A stretch of 64,000 nt of DNA from Polyangiaceae bacterium (GTDB lineage Bacteria; Myxococcota_A; Polyangia; Polyangiales; Polyangiaceae): assembly GCA_044376115.1 (NCBI GenBank), contig JBILLK010000010.1, positions 96,001 to 160,000 of the forward strand, given 5' to 3'. Numbering within the stretch: position 1 is the first letter of the stretch; each line of letters begins with the position of its first letter. Shown here one piece after another: positions 39,820 through 48,466 of the stretch. The notes under the pieces were generated by a model. That model made no database searches and was not told where the DNA came from. It worked only from the letters and a program-made list of their open reading frames with translations. The position numbers and the translations under genes were made by a program.

Positions 39820-40959
39820 GTGGATGTCGTGCTTGATTTGGAGCGACGCGGAGGCTGGCTGTTCACGACCATAGCGGGTCTGGAATTGCTCCTCGATCAA
39901 CCCGAGGCGCTCGCGCTCGCCTCGGAATACGGGGGTATCGAAGCTTGGCTAGAGGTTCGGCTACCAACCGTGCTCGATAGGATGCGTGGGGAAGCCCTTT
40001 GGGCGAGCACCTCGCAGCAAGCGCTCCGCGAGGAAGTGAAGGTGTTGGCGGTGCAGCTCGAACGGGCGACCCAGCGTCGGTCTTTGCACCTGCGCTGGCG
40101 GGATCGCGTCGACGTGAAGGCAGAGTTCGACCCTTCGGGCGAGCTATGCGCGTTGAGCGGCTGCTTCGACCTTGCTCGGCGCTATCCGAGCTTTGAGCAT
40201 CGTTTTCTCGGTCGCTTCGAGGATCGCCAAACCCATTACGAAGGACAGGCAGAGGAGTTCCAGCTGCGTTTGGATCTCCCGGAAGCAACCCAACTACTCG
40301 AGCCGCTAGGCAGTTTCGGGACTTGGGAACAGAGCCTTCATGCTGAGGTAAGCCGGGTGCTCATGAGCAAAGCAAACCGTGCTTGGCTGGGCCTCAGCCG
40401 CGAGGACGTCGATGCGCAATTGCGCCTAACTACAGTGCAGGCATCCTCCTGCGACGACTGCCTCCATCTGCACTACGCGTGGCCTTTTGGAACGGCGACG
40501 GTACGCTGCCGTAGCGGGTCCGCGGCGCGTATCGACAAGCCAAGCATCGTCGTCTTCCCACGCATGGTCGAACTCCCGCCGTTAGGCGCGGCAACCGTTC
40601 ACGAGGAGGACGGCAAGCTGAGCTATCGAGCGACCGTTCATGGCATTGAGCTTCACTTTGGCGACGCGGCGCTCGTCCACGAAGCCTATGCGCTTGCAAA
40701 CGAAGTTGCCGAGGAAACGGCTAGCTTCGCGGCGCAAGCAGCTCGCTCACTGTTTGATACGTGGGTAAGCCGGTGGCGCAAACCTTCGCACGAGCCAGCT
40801 ACCGTCGAGGGATTGCAGAGCAAGCTAACGTTGCGCCGCATCGAGGTTGATGAGGACTGCCAGACCTTCTGCTTCGATGATGGAGGCGCCTTCCTCGGTC
40901 ATGAGGTGCACTGTGAACGTCGAGACGGCCAATGGCAGGAGGCGTTTCTCTTCGGGTAG
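39820..40959 (+). CDS. Hypothetical protein with a C-terminal DUF2262-like segment
   Basis: C-terminal W..W...LTLRRIEV...FCFDDGGAFLGHEV resembles the DUF2262 FxDGDLFxGH motif. Confidence 0.55.
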   Translation: MDVVLDLERRGGWLFTTIAGLELLLDQPEALALASEYGGIEAWLEVRLPTVLDRMRGEALWASTSQQALREEVKVLAVQLERATQRRSLHLRWRDRVDVKAEFDPSGELCALSGCFDLARRYPSFEHRFLGRFEDRQTHYEGQAEEFQLRLDLPEATQLLEPLGSFGTWEQSLHAEVSRVLMSKANRAWLGLSREDVDAQLRLTTVQASSCDDCLHLHYAWPFGTATVRCRSGSAARIDKPSIVVFPRMVELPPLGAATVHEEDGKLSYRATVHGIELHFGDAALVHEAYALANEVAEETASFAAQAARSLFDTWVSRWRKPSHEPATVEGLQSKLTLRRIEVDEDCQTFCFDDGGAFLGHEVHCERRDGQWQEAFLFG

Positions 40960-41020
40960 CTTCGCCCTGATACAGGCGACGTGACGCAATCAACGAGCCA
41001 CCTTCATCGCCAAAAGCCCG

Positions 41021-42172
41021 CTAGCGGTCATGCGAATGAGTGCGTAGGCGCCAGCGCGTAACAACACTCGCGACGGCCGGATCGAGCGCGCCATCCCCAA
41101 CCTCTTGGCGCCTCTTCTCGGCATACCAATCCGGAAATGACCCATCGATACTGCGCAGTTCACCGCGGGTCTTCGCGTAGGCGATGTCAGCGACGAGGAC
41201 TGGGGAGCGATAGAACGTCGCAAGGTTGCGCTCGCCGATGAACCCGAGCGTTCCGTGTTCTTCGTCCACTTCGGTTCGACGAGTGAAGTAGACGTTGAGC
41301 TCGGTCCCCGCTAGCTCGAGACAGGCCGCGGCGAGTGCATTCCAATCTTCACGTTTGCGCTGGCCCTCTTGTTGGAAGGAGCACATTGGATCGTAGCCGC
41401 GGGCCTCCCAGGCCTCGAAGAAGCGCACCATTCGGTCTGGAAAGCTCGCGAGCTGCTGTGCGCGCACAGCAAGTTGAGCGTCCCTCTCGAGCGCCCGCTC
41501 TTGCCGCGACGAGGTAGTTGGTAAAGGTCGGTCGACCGTCCCGACGAGGCGGTACTCGTTCTTGGAGAGCGTTTGCTTACGACGCTCTAGGCTGCGCTCA
41601 GCCGTGACCGGCGACTTGAGCTCTCGAACCTCCACTTTGACGTTCTCATCCTTTTGCTTCTTGGTCCTACCCGCTCGCTCGAAAACCTTGTTTTCCTGGC
41701 AAATCAGCTCGACGAAGGCAACACCCTCGCGATGGCCCGAATCGAGCTCGAGCCGTTGCCAAAGAACGGTTGGCTGTGGCTCGACGACAGGCTCATCCTG
41801 AACCACTGCCTCACCCTTCGTCGTTGCTTCAAGGGCGGTGATCCACGCATGGAGCGGCTGGACCAAACGCGAAGCGGAGGCGCAGCCCTGAACCAACTCG
41901 AGCAGACTTTCTGGGCTCACCCTTCCGCTCGGCGCTACGGCTGAAAGGGTCTGCGCGAGACCTGCTTGTAGGGCGGGTGGCTCAGCTGACGGCAACGCTC
42001 GCGGGTGGTTTGCTGCTCGACAGGCCACCCGCAGCGCAACTGCGACCTCGCCGGTCGCCGCTGCGGCGTAGGCCCAAACCACGTGGGCTACCTCAACCTC
42101 GAACGAACGGTGCTTGTGCGCGACTTGCGTAGCCCGCGTCATTAGCTCAACGACAGTTGGATGCTCAATCAT
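41021..42172 (-). CDS. Hypothetical protein with Clp-N-like and WGR-like segments
   Basis: RATQVAHKHRSFEVEVAHVV (Clp repeat-like). RLEL..FVEL..VFERAGR..AERSLERRKQTLSKNEY (WGR-like). Confidence 0.55.
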   Translation of the reverse strand: MIEHPTVVELMTRATQVAHKHRSFEVEVAHVVWAYAAAATGEVAVALRVACRAANHPRALPSAEPPALQAGLAQTLSAVAPSGRVSPESLLELVQGCASASRLVQPLHAWITALEATTKGEAVVQDEPVVEPQPTVLWQRLELDSGHREGVAFVELICQENKVFERAGRTKKQKDENVKVEVRELKSPVTAERSLERRKQTLSKNEYRLVGTVDRPLPTTSSRQERALERDAQLAVRAQQLASFPDRMVRFFEAWEARGYDPMCSFQQEGQRKREDWNALAAACLELAGTELNVYFTRRTEVDEEHGTLGFIGERNLATFYRSPVLVADIAYAKTRGELRSIDGSFPDWYAEKRRQEVGDGALDPAVASVVTRWRLRTHSHDR

Positions 42173-42382
42173 GGATTGACCGCTAGCGGCTAAACCAGGG
42201 GACGCGGTTGCACTAAAGTCCCAGCCGTTGCACTTCATGTCTAACACCTGCACGCCATCCGCCGGAGGCAGATAGCGTGCAGAATGTCTCGTGCCCACGC
42301 GGACCGGCGGAAGGCCGTTGGACCATCCACTTTACAAAGGGCCGCCCTATCGCGGCCCACTTTTTGCCTAGCGGTCGCCGCA

Positions 42383-43600
42383 ATGACGCCGCTCCGCGAT
42401 CTCGTACATCACACCCTCCGCCCGTTCCACAGACCACTGACGGGACCCAACGACTACGGTCTCACTCTTCAGCTCTTTGATGATGCACGTTTGGCTGGCC
42501 TGGAGGCCCTCGTTGGTGCTGGGCTCGGACTCGACCTCTTGGCGGGCGAGCGCATCCTGGCGGCCGCTCAAATGGTCGAACGCCCCAAAGGACACGAGCA
42601 CCGGCTCTCGTTGGTCATTACCGACCGCTGGACGGCGCTTTCCGGATGGTCCAGCCTGACGGGGCCGGCGGCCCGCGATCGCCTTCGCTTCGCCGTGCCG
42701 CACACTCAGCTCATGGGCGTTGAGGTCAAGAAGGCCGGCCTAATCGACAATGCGCATATCGCGTTACAGTCGATGCAGGGAATACACAAGCTGGAATTCG
42801 CTGAGTTGCAGCAACCACTTGGTGAGTTCTTTATGCGCCTGACGCAGACCATCGCGCCCGCCCATCGCTGCGAAGCGCCTTGCCCCGCGGTCGTTGCATC
42901 CGAGGCCGATCCTACCGGTCGTGAGAACGCACTTTCGGGGCTCTGGTTCGATGACCCTCAGGCTCGTCAACTGCTGCGTCAGCTCGAGCTTGCCACCAGC
43001 AGTGGGATGCCCGTCGAGGTCGCGCTCGACTTCGTCGGACGCGTCGTCCTCGCTCACCGGGCGAGCGCCAGCGCCCCCTGTATGCGTGATGGGTTGTGGC
43101 TTTCGCCGCTCACTGCACAAGACCTAGGCTTCGCTTGCACTAGCCTCTTCGGTGCGCCCGCTTATCACTATCAGCCGCGTCCCGGCGTCGACCAGCTCAG
43201 CTTTCACTTCGACCCTCGCCGCAACGGCCTGGACGCCGCAATAACGGCGCTCGGAGTGGCGTCGTTCATGACCCTCGGCGTTGGCTTCAACCCAAGCGCA
43301 GCGCTGGTCAATGCGGCGTTCGAGCGCCCGCAGGTGACCGCCATCATGGTCGAGCTCCAACAGCATGGTCCCACGAGCGCGTATCGCCTCATGACGCCGA
43401 GCGGAAGCCTCGAGACCGCAGACTCACTGCTAGCGATGCGCTGTCATCAGGCGGTCATCGCGTCGGCTTACCCGCTGCTTGCTCAACGTATCGCCCACGG
43501 CTGGGCAGTCCCACCGTCAGAGCTTGCCCGAGCACCGCAAAGGGTGAGCCACACGGGGCGAGCCGACGAAGGCGCCCTTGAGGCTCAATCCACCGTTTGA
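42383..43600 (+). CDS. Hypothetical protein
   Basis: Long ORF. The N-terminal half (ERILAA...LVITDR...VEVKKAGL) is reminiscent of bacterial PH-like domains. Confidence 0.6.
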   Translation: MTPLRDLVHHTLRPFHRPLTGPNDYGLTLQLFDDARLAGLEALVGAGLGLDLLAGERILAAAQMVERPKGHEHRLSLVITDRWTALSGWSSLTGPAARDRLRFAVPHTQLMGVEVKKAGLIDNAHIALQSMQGIHKLEFAELQQPLGEFFMRLTQTIAPAHRCEAPCPAVVASEADPTGRENALSGLWFDDPQARQLLRQLELATSSGMPVEVALDFVGRVVLAHRASASAPCMRDGLWLSPLTAQDLGFACTSLFGAPAYHYQPRPGVDQLSFHFDPRRNGLDAAITALGVASFMTLGVGFNPSAALVNAAFERPQVTAIMVELQQHGPTSAYRLMTPSGSLETADSLLAMRCHQAVIASAYPLLAQRIAHGWAVPPSELARAPQRVSHTGRADEGALEAQSTV

Positions 43601-43736
43601 GAGTCCGCTGATAGCCGAATAGAGAGCCGACTGGATCAGCCAGCCCGCTACTTCGCATAGCGGCCATGCACTCCGTCTGGCTGCTAGAGCGCAATCGTCC
43701 TATCGCTCTGGCTTGGAGATCGCTAGACTGACCGTT

Positions 43737-45410
43737 ATGAGCCTTTATCGACTGGGCCTGACCTTACTGGTGTCGTCCTCAACGTTGGTCGCGTGTGGCG
43801 ACGACAGTTCGACCGGTGGTAGTGGGGGCGTGGGTGGCGGGCCGGGTGGCGGCGGAAACGGCGGAAGTGGGGGCAGCGGAGCAGGCGGTAGCGCGCCCAT
43901 CTCCTGGGAAGCGTGTGACGTCCTCGAGGAGTACCCGCCGCTCAAAGACACCCCCAAGCGTGCGGGCGAATGCACGATGGTGAGCGTACCGCTCGATTGG
44001 GAGGCGGAGGACGGAGCAACGCTGGAGGTCTTCGTTAAGAGAGTTCGTTCCTCGGTAATGCCACCAACACGGCAGGTGTGGCTGCTCAACGGTGGGCCCG
44101 GCGCGGCTAGCGAGGAGCTGGATCCGGCCTTACTGCGTTGGGCCGACGCAGTGCCGGGGCTCGAGGTCTACACCACAGACTTTCGTGGCGCGGGGCTAAG
44201 TACGCCGCTGCCTTGCAATGATTCTCAAATCGCGCCGGGGTTGGTCGATGATTGCGCCGCCAACGTGACCCGCGAGATCGGAGACCTCAACGCCTTCACG
44301 ACCACGCAGGCTGCGCGCGACGTGATTGAGCTCGTAGAGCGAACTCGCGGGGAGGCCCCCGTCATGCTGTACGGCTTATCCTTTGGCACGTTCTGGGCGC
44401 ATCGTATTTTGCAGCTTGAGCCTGATCTGTTCTCGGGGGCTGCGTTGGACTCAATCGCACCGCCCGAGGCTGACTTCTCGGTGTACTCCCCCAACGCTAA
44501 TCAGGTGGCACAGGAGTTCTTCGCACGCTGCGAGCTCGATACGACCTGCCTAAGCAAACTGGGCGCAGATCCTTGGGCCGAGGTGGAAGCATTCTTCGCG
44601 CTGCCGGCGAGCAGCGCCTGCCCGGGAGCTGGGGTCAGCCAAGCGGAGTGGAAGCGCTTTCTGGCCCAGGCGATCAGAAAGGTGCAAACCCGACCACTCG
44701 TACCTGCCTTGATTTACCGTTTGTTGCGCTGCGCCCCGGAGGATGAAGCCGCCATAGGCCATTTGCTCGACTACGTAGGCTCATTCCCGGCCGAACCCGA
44801 TAGCGCGTTTCACGTGCCGCTATACGCGCATATTGTGCTGTCGGAGCTTTGGGACCTGACGCCGCTCAGCGTAGCGGAGTATGCAGCGAGCGATCAGTCG
44901 CTGCTGATCGCCCCCGGTAATACGGACTACTTTCAAGCACTATGGGAAGAGTGGCCGAGAACACCGGAAGATGCGCTGGCGAATCAAACCGCCAGTCCGA
45001 CCACACCGGTTCTGTTACTGCAAGGAGGGCTGGATCCGCAGACCTCCAAGCTCGCCGCCGACCCATTCGCGAGTGCGCTGGAAGCTCAGGGACATAGCTA
45101 TGTAGTTTTTCCTGACGCTCCGCACGCCGTGATTGGCCAGACTCCGATAGCCGGTAACCCCACTGAGCAGTGCGCCGATCTCTTGGTACGTGCGTTCATT
45201 GCCGATCCGAGCGTTACCAGCCATAGCTGCCAAGCGGAGCTTGCACCACTCGATTTCGGCGACAACGTGGAGCTCGCGGCCGAGGCTCTGGGCACCGGCA
45301 GTATTTGGGAGAATGTCCCCGTTCCCGCGGGGCTAACCGAGCGCAGCGCTAGTCGACGCGATATTCGACGAGCCCTCCTACAGCTCGCCGCGCACGGCCT
45401 TACTCACTAA
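43737..45410 (+). CDS. Alpha/beta hydrolase lipoprotein, TAP-like peptidase family
   Basis: LVAC lipobox, Gly tether, VPLDW, NGGPG, DFRGAGLS, YGLSFGT, GGLDPQT, APHAV. Confidence 0.9.
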   Translation: MSLYRLGLTLLVSSSTLVACGDDSSTGGSGGVGGGPGGGGNGGSGGSGAGGSAPISWEACDVLEEYPPLKDTPKRAGECTMVSVPLDWEAEDGATLEVFVKRVRSSVMPPTRQVWLLNGGPGAASEELDPALLRWADAVPGLEVYTTDFRGAGLSTPLPCNDSQIAPGLVDDCAANVTREIGDLNAFTTTQAARDVIELVERTRGEAPVMLYGLSFGTFWAHRILQLEPDLFSGAALDSIAPPEADFSVYSPNANQVAQEFFARCELDTTCLSKLGADPWAEVEAFFALPASSACPGAGVSQAEWKRFLAQAIRKVQTRPLVPALIYRLLRCAPEDEAAIGHLLDYVGSFPAEPDSAFHVPLYAHIVLSELWDLTPLSVAEYAASDQSLLIAPGNTDYFQALWEEWPRTPEDALANQTASPTTPVLLLQGGLDPQTSKLAADPFASALEAQGHSYVVFPDAPHAVIGQTPIAGNPTEQCADLLVRAFIADPSVTSHSCQAELAPLDFGDNVELAAEALGTGSIWENVPVPAGLTERSASRRDIRRALLQLAAHGLTH

Positions 45411-45425
45411 TGAAGCGTCGTTCGC

Positions 45426-46160
45426 CTACCCTTCTACCGATATGGCTAGGGTCGCAAAGAAGCCCTCCGCGACGCTGCCGCTAACGCTTGCAAGCTGGTG
45501 CTCTGCTTCGTCATCGCCAAAGACGTTGTCCTCGGAGAGGCTGGTTCCCTCGAGGTTGGAGACGCTCGTTGCATAACGACTGTCCGCGTAGGCCGTGCGG
45601 CAAGCGTCCTCCGGCAGGGCGAGCTGAGAGGTCATGACAATGGCTCCGGACGAGATGGCCTCATCCAGGCTGTCGTAGACCTCAAAGTGAATATGGGGCC
45701 AACGACCGTCGTAACAGCCTGGGAATACGGTTTGAAAGGTAACGGTGCCGTCCTCAGCAGAGACCTGCACGCCGCGCAGGTAGTCCTCGTTCTCGACACC
45801 GGACGAGTACATCGAGTAGCGGCCCTGTGCGTCGGCGTGCCAAAGGTAAACGGCATAGCCGGCGAGCGGCGCACATTGACCGTTGTTGTTGACCAACGTC
45901 AACGTAACCGTCAAAGGGACCCCCTCCGCTATGGCGCTACCGGTAAGGCTGCTACGCAGATCACTGCGTACTACTCCGCTCTCGGCCAGAATATTGGGAC
46001 CGTTAGAGCCGTCTCCAGGGTACGGGCCTGCGGTTTCTTCAGGGGTGGATACACAATTGGCGTCATCGGCATCACAGCCGAGCAGCGCCGCGGCGGCCAG
46101 TGATTGCACCATGGCGCGGCGACCAATATCCCCTTTGAACCGTCCGACTGCTTCCTTCAT
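45426..46160 (-). CDS. Intradiol ring-cleavage dioxygenase-like protein, exported
   Basis: GRR..LLGC (Tat/lipoprotein-like), TPEETAGPY, LWHADAQGRYS, LRGVQ, FPGCYDGRWPHIH. Confidence 0.88.
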   Translation of the reverse strand: MKEAVGRFKGDIGRRAMVQSLAAAALLGCDADDANCVSTPEETAGPYPGDGSNGPNILAESGVVRSDLRSSLTGSAIAEGVPLTVTLTLVNNNGQCAPLAGYAVYLWHADAQGRYSMYSSGVENEDYLRGVQVSAEDGTVTFQTVFPGCYDGRWPHIHFEVYDSLDEAISSGAIVMTSQLALPEDACRTAYADSRYATSVSNLEGTSLSEDNVFGDDEAEHQLASVSGSVAEGFFATLAISVEG

Positions 46161-46228
46161 TCTGCCTCCACCCGAGCTTGGCCGGAGGCTTCGAGTTCCT
46201 TCAGTCGGTTTGCAGCGAAAGTAACTGC

Positions 46229-46765
46229 CTAGAGCTTCACGATTTCGAAGCTGCCAGTCATGTACTGACCGCTGCCGTAATCCAAGGCGAAGTTCACCAG
46301 CAACATATTCGGGTCCTCGCTCTCTTCGACCTCGAGGGTGCCAGTGACCGGATCTGCCTCGTACTCATAGCTGGCGCCGGAGCAGCCGTAGTTATCAGCG
46401 CCATCCAGAACGATCGACGAGCCGGCGGTGAAGAGTTGCTGGCGCTTCTCACCCGCTAGAAAGAAGTTCGTCATGGCGTTGGTTGCGTACAAGGAGATCG
46501 TCGCAGTGTCGTCGGTCGTCCACGCATCACCCATGGTTGCGCCGTCAAAGCTGGTTTCTCCGAGAACGCCCTCGAAGCTCAGCGTTTCGATTTGTGCGTT
46601 AACGCCCTCACCGTAGTAGCCGTACTCCTCGTAATCGTCATAGGTCTCGTCATCACTTACGGCGGAGACCAACAAGGCAAGCTCACAGCCGGAGAGCGTC
46701 ACGGCCAAACCGCCAACGGCGAGAGAACCAAGCACGGTGCGAATCAACTTCTGGATCATGGTCAT
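46229..46765 (-). CDS. Acidic hypothetical lipoprotein
   Basis: LSGC lipobox, Asp/Glu/Tyr-rich, beta-rich; GAGGA RBS. Confidence 0.7.
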   Translation of the reverse strand: MTMIQKLIRTVLGSLAVGGLAVTLSGCELALLVSAVSDDETYDDYEEYGYYGEGVNAQIETLSFEGVLGETSFDGATMGDAWTTDDTATISLYATNAMTNFFLAGEKRQQLFTAGSSIVLDGADNYGCSGASYEYEADPVTGTLEVEESEDPNMLLVNFALDYGSGQYMTGSFEIVKL

Positions 46766-46782
46766 TCCTCGGGCCGACCTTC

Positions 46783-46798
46783 AGCAAGCGGTATGCCG
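46783..46798 (-). promoter_or_regulatory. Putative sigma54 (-24/-12) promoter
   Basis: Minus strand reads CGGCAT-ACCGC-TTGCT with correct GG-N10-GC spacing, just upstream of the 46765 lipoprotein. Confidence 0.55.
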
Positions 46799-46947
46799 GG
46801 ACTGTGACCAAGCTTCGTCAGTGGATATTGGGCTCAGAATCGCTGACGATCCCGAAAATCGTCGCCGCCTCTGACCAGCGCGTCATGGGCTGCACGGGAA
46901 ACGGCTCGCTCGGCGCGAAGCCCAGGCAGCGCGAAACGCCCTCTACG

Positions 46948-47826
46948 CTACGCGCCGGCTTCGGGCACGAGCGACAAGAGCGAAGTCACCTTGGCGGGAT
47001 TGCCACCCACGCGTAGCTCGCTCCCGGCAAAGGCCGACTTGTATTTGACCATCGCCAATCCAACGCCAGCGCCCATCGAAGTGACGTGTCCTACCTCGAC
47101 GCCCTCGGCGTTCTGCACAACGTCTCCGACCTTGGCAGCGCCCTGCAGCGCGAGCTGCACCAATCGCTTCTTAACGTGTCCACGGTGCTGCAACATGAAC
47201 ACCGCCTCTTGACCGAGGTAGCAGCCCTTCTGAAAGGACACAGCATCAAGCTCGAGGGCGGCCTCTTGCGGATAAGCCTCATCGAAGTCCACGCCGCGTT
47301 CGGGGATGAAAGCGCCCACGCGAAACGTCTGCCAAGCCGCTTCTGCGGCGGCCTCCGCTTTGAAGGTCTGCTGCAATACGGCCTCCACTGCGGGTTGTTG
47401 CGCCGTGGCCGCAACGCAGGTGAGCGCATGAGCTCCACCCCGTTTGACCCAAGCGGCAGCCGCTGCTCCCGCCTCGAGCAGCGCGGTTTCACTTGGCCCG
47501 CGCTCCAGGCCAAAGGCGCTGCACCAAACGTACTCACCGCGACTTACGCGCAGTTCGGCGTCGTCCATGACCAAGTAGCGGTCGAGCTCGGCCGCGATCT
47601 CGTCGGCCAGCGCGTCAGGCAGGGAGATGAGCAGCTGGTCGGGGGCGCTTGCGATCAGCACCTCAGCGCGGAGTTTGCCCGTCTTTTGCACGATCAGGCC
47701 GAACAGCACGCCGCTGACCTTCAAGCTGTTGAGGTCCGCTGTGACCATGCCGTTGAACCAGCGCTGCCGGTCCCCGCCGCTGATAACCAAGGTTGCGCAA
47801 TCTACCGGACGCAGCAGCAAGCTCAT
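46948..47826 (-). CDS. ygfZ: YgfZ/GcvT-family folate-binding Fe-S maturation protein
   Basis: GGDRQRWFNGMVTAD and the VSFQKGCYLGQE signature. Confidence 0.9.
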   Translation of the reverse strand: MSLLLRPVDCATLVISGGDRQRWFNGMVTADLNSLKVSGVLFGLIVQKTGKLRAEVLIASAPDQLLISLPDALADEIAAELDRYLVMDDAELRVSRGEYVWCSAFGLERGPSETALLEAGAAAAAWVKRGGAHALTCVAATAQQPAVEAVLQQTFKAEAAAEAAWQTFRVGAFIPERGVDFDEAYPQEAALELDAVSFQKGCYLGQEAVFMLQHRGHVKKRLVQLALQGAAKVGDVVQNAEGVEVGHVTSMGAGVGLAMVKYKSAFAGSELRVGGNPAKVTSLLSLVPEAGA

Positions 47827-48338
47827 GAGGAAAGCGCCGCGAGGGCCCCCGCTTCATTCGTGTTGAGCCACACGGCGGACTGCTCGCTCTCATAGCAAAG
47901 CTGCCCTTCGTGGGTGAACTCGAACTCGTACTTTACGAAGTGTCGCACCTTGCCGATGCGCGAGCGCACCGCGGTGCATGTGGCGATGATGGGCTCTCCC
48001 GGGCTCACCAGCTTGCGGAAGACAGCACGATGAATGTGAGTGCCATAGCCGACCCAACCCTCGTGATGGCGAAGACCAAGCAAATGGTACGCATGAACAA
48101 AGCCCAGCATGCCGGTCGCATGCACCATCACCGCGCCAGCGACATGCTGCGGGTGCCGCACAGGGTGGGCGCGCTGCGAGACCGTAAGCGGCAGCGGCCG
48201 GTCCGTCGGCATACGGCAGCGAATCTGCTGCTTCTCAACGTCCAACGCCAAGATGGAGTCGAAGAAGAGGACCTCCGGATCGTAGGGAAGATCGGCGAGA
48301 AACGCCTCGTCGAAGGCGCAAGGAGGTTCGAGCTTCAC
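47823..48338 (-). CDS. FabA/FabZ-like hotdog-fold protein
   Basis: LPYDPEVLFFDSI, AH...HVAGAVMVHATG, FRKLVSPGE. The TGA overlaps the ygfZ ATG. Confidence 0.7.
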   Translation of the reverse strand: MKLEPPCAFDEAFLADLPYDPEVLFFDSILALDVEKQQIRCRMPTDRPLPLTVSQRAHPVRHPQHVAGAVMVHATGMLGFVHAYHLLGLRHHEGWVGYGTHIHRAVFRKLVSPGEPIIATCTAVRSRIGKVRHFVKYEFEFTHEGQLCYESEQSAVWLNTNEAGALAALSS

Positions 48339-48466
48339 CCCGGCGAAGTAACAGTGCCCGCAGGGGCGCGCAAGTCCGAGACCACGCCGGCCGCGCCCGC
48401 GGCGATGCGGGTCGAGCTTCGGTGGAAAGCGCTGCGTCATCGTTCCAAAGCAGCCCACCTTGGGCT

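Noticed and set aside
43810..43890. GGC/GGT-rich tracts as DNA tandem repeats
   Set aside because: They encode Gly-rich lipoprotein linkers with varied synonymous codons, so they are not DNA-level repeats.
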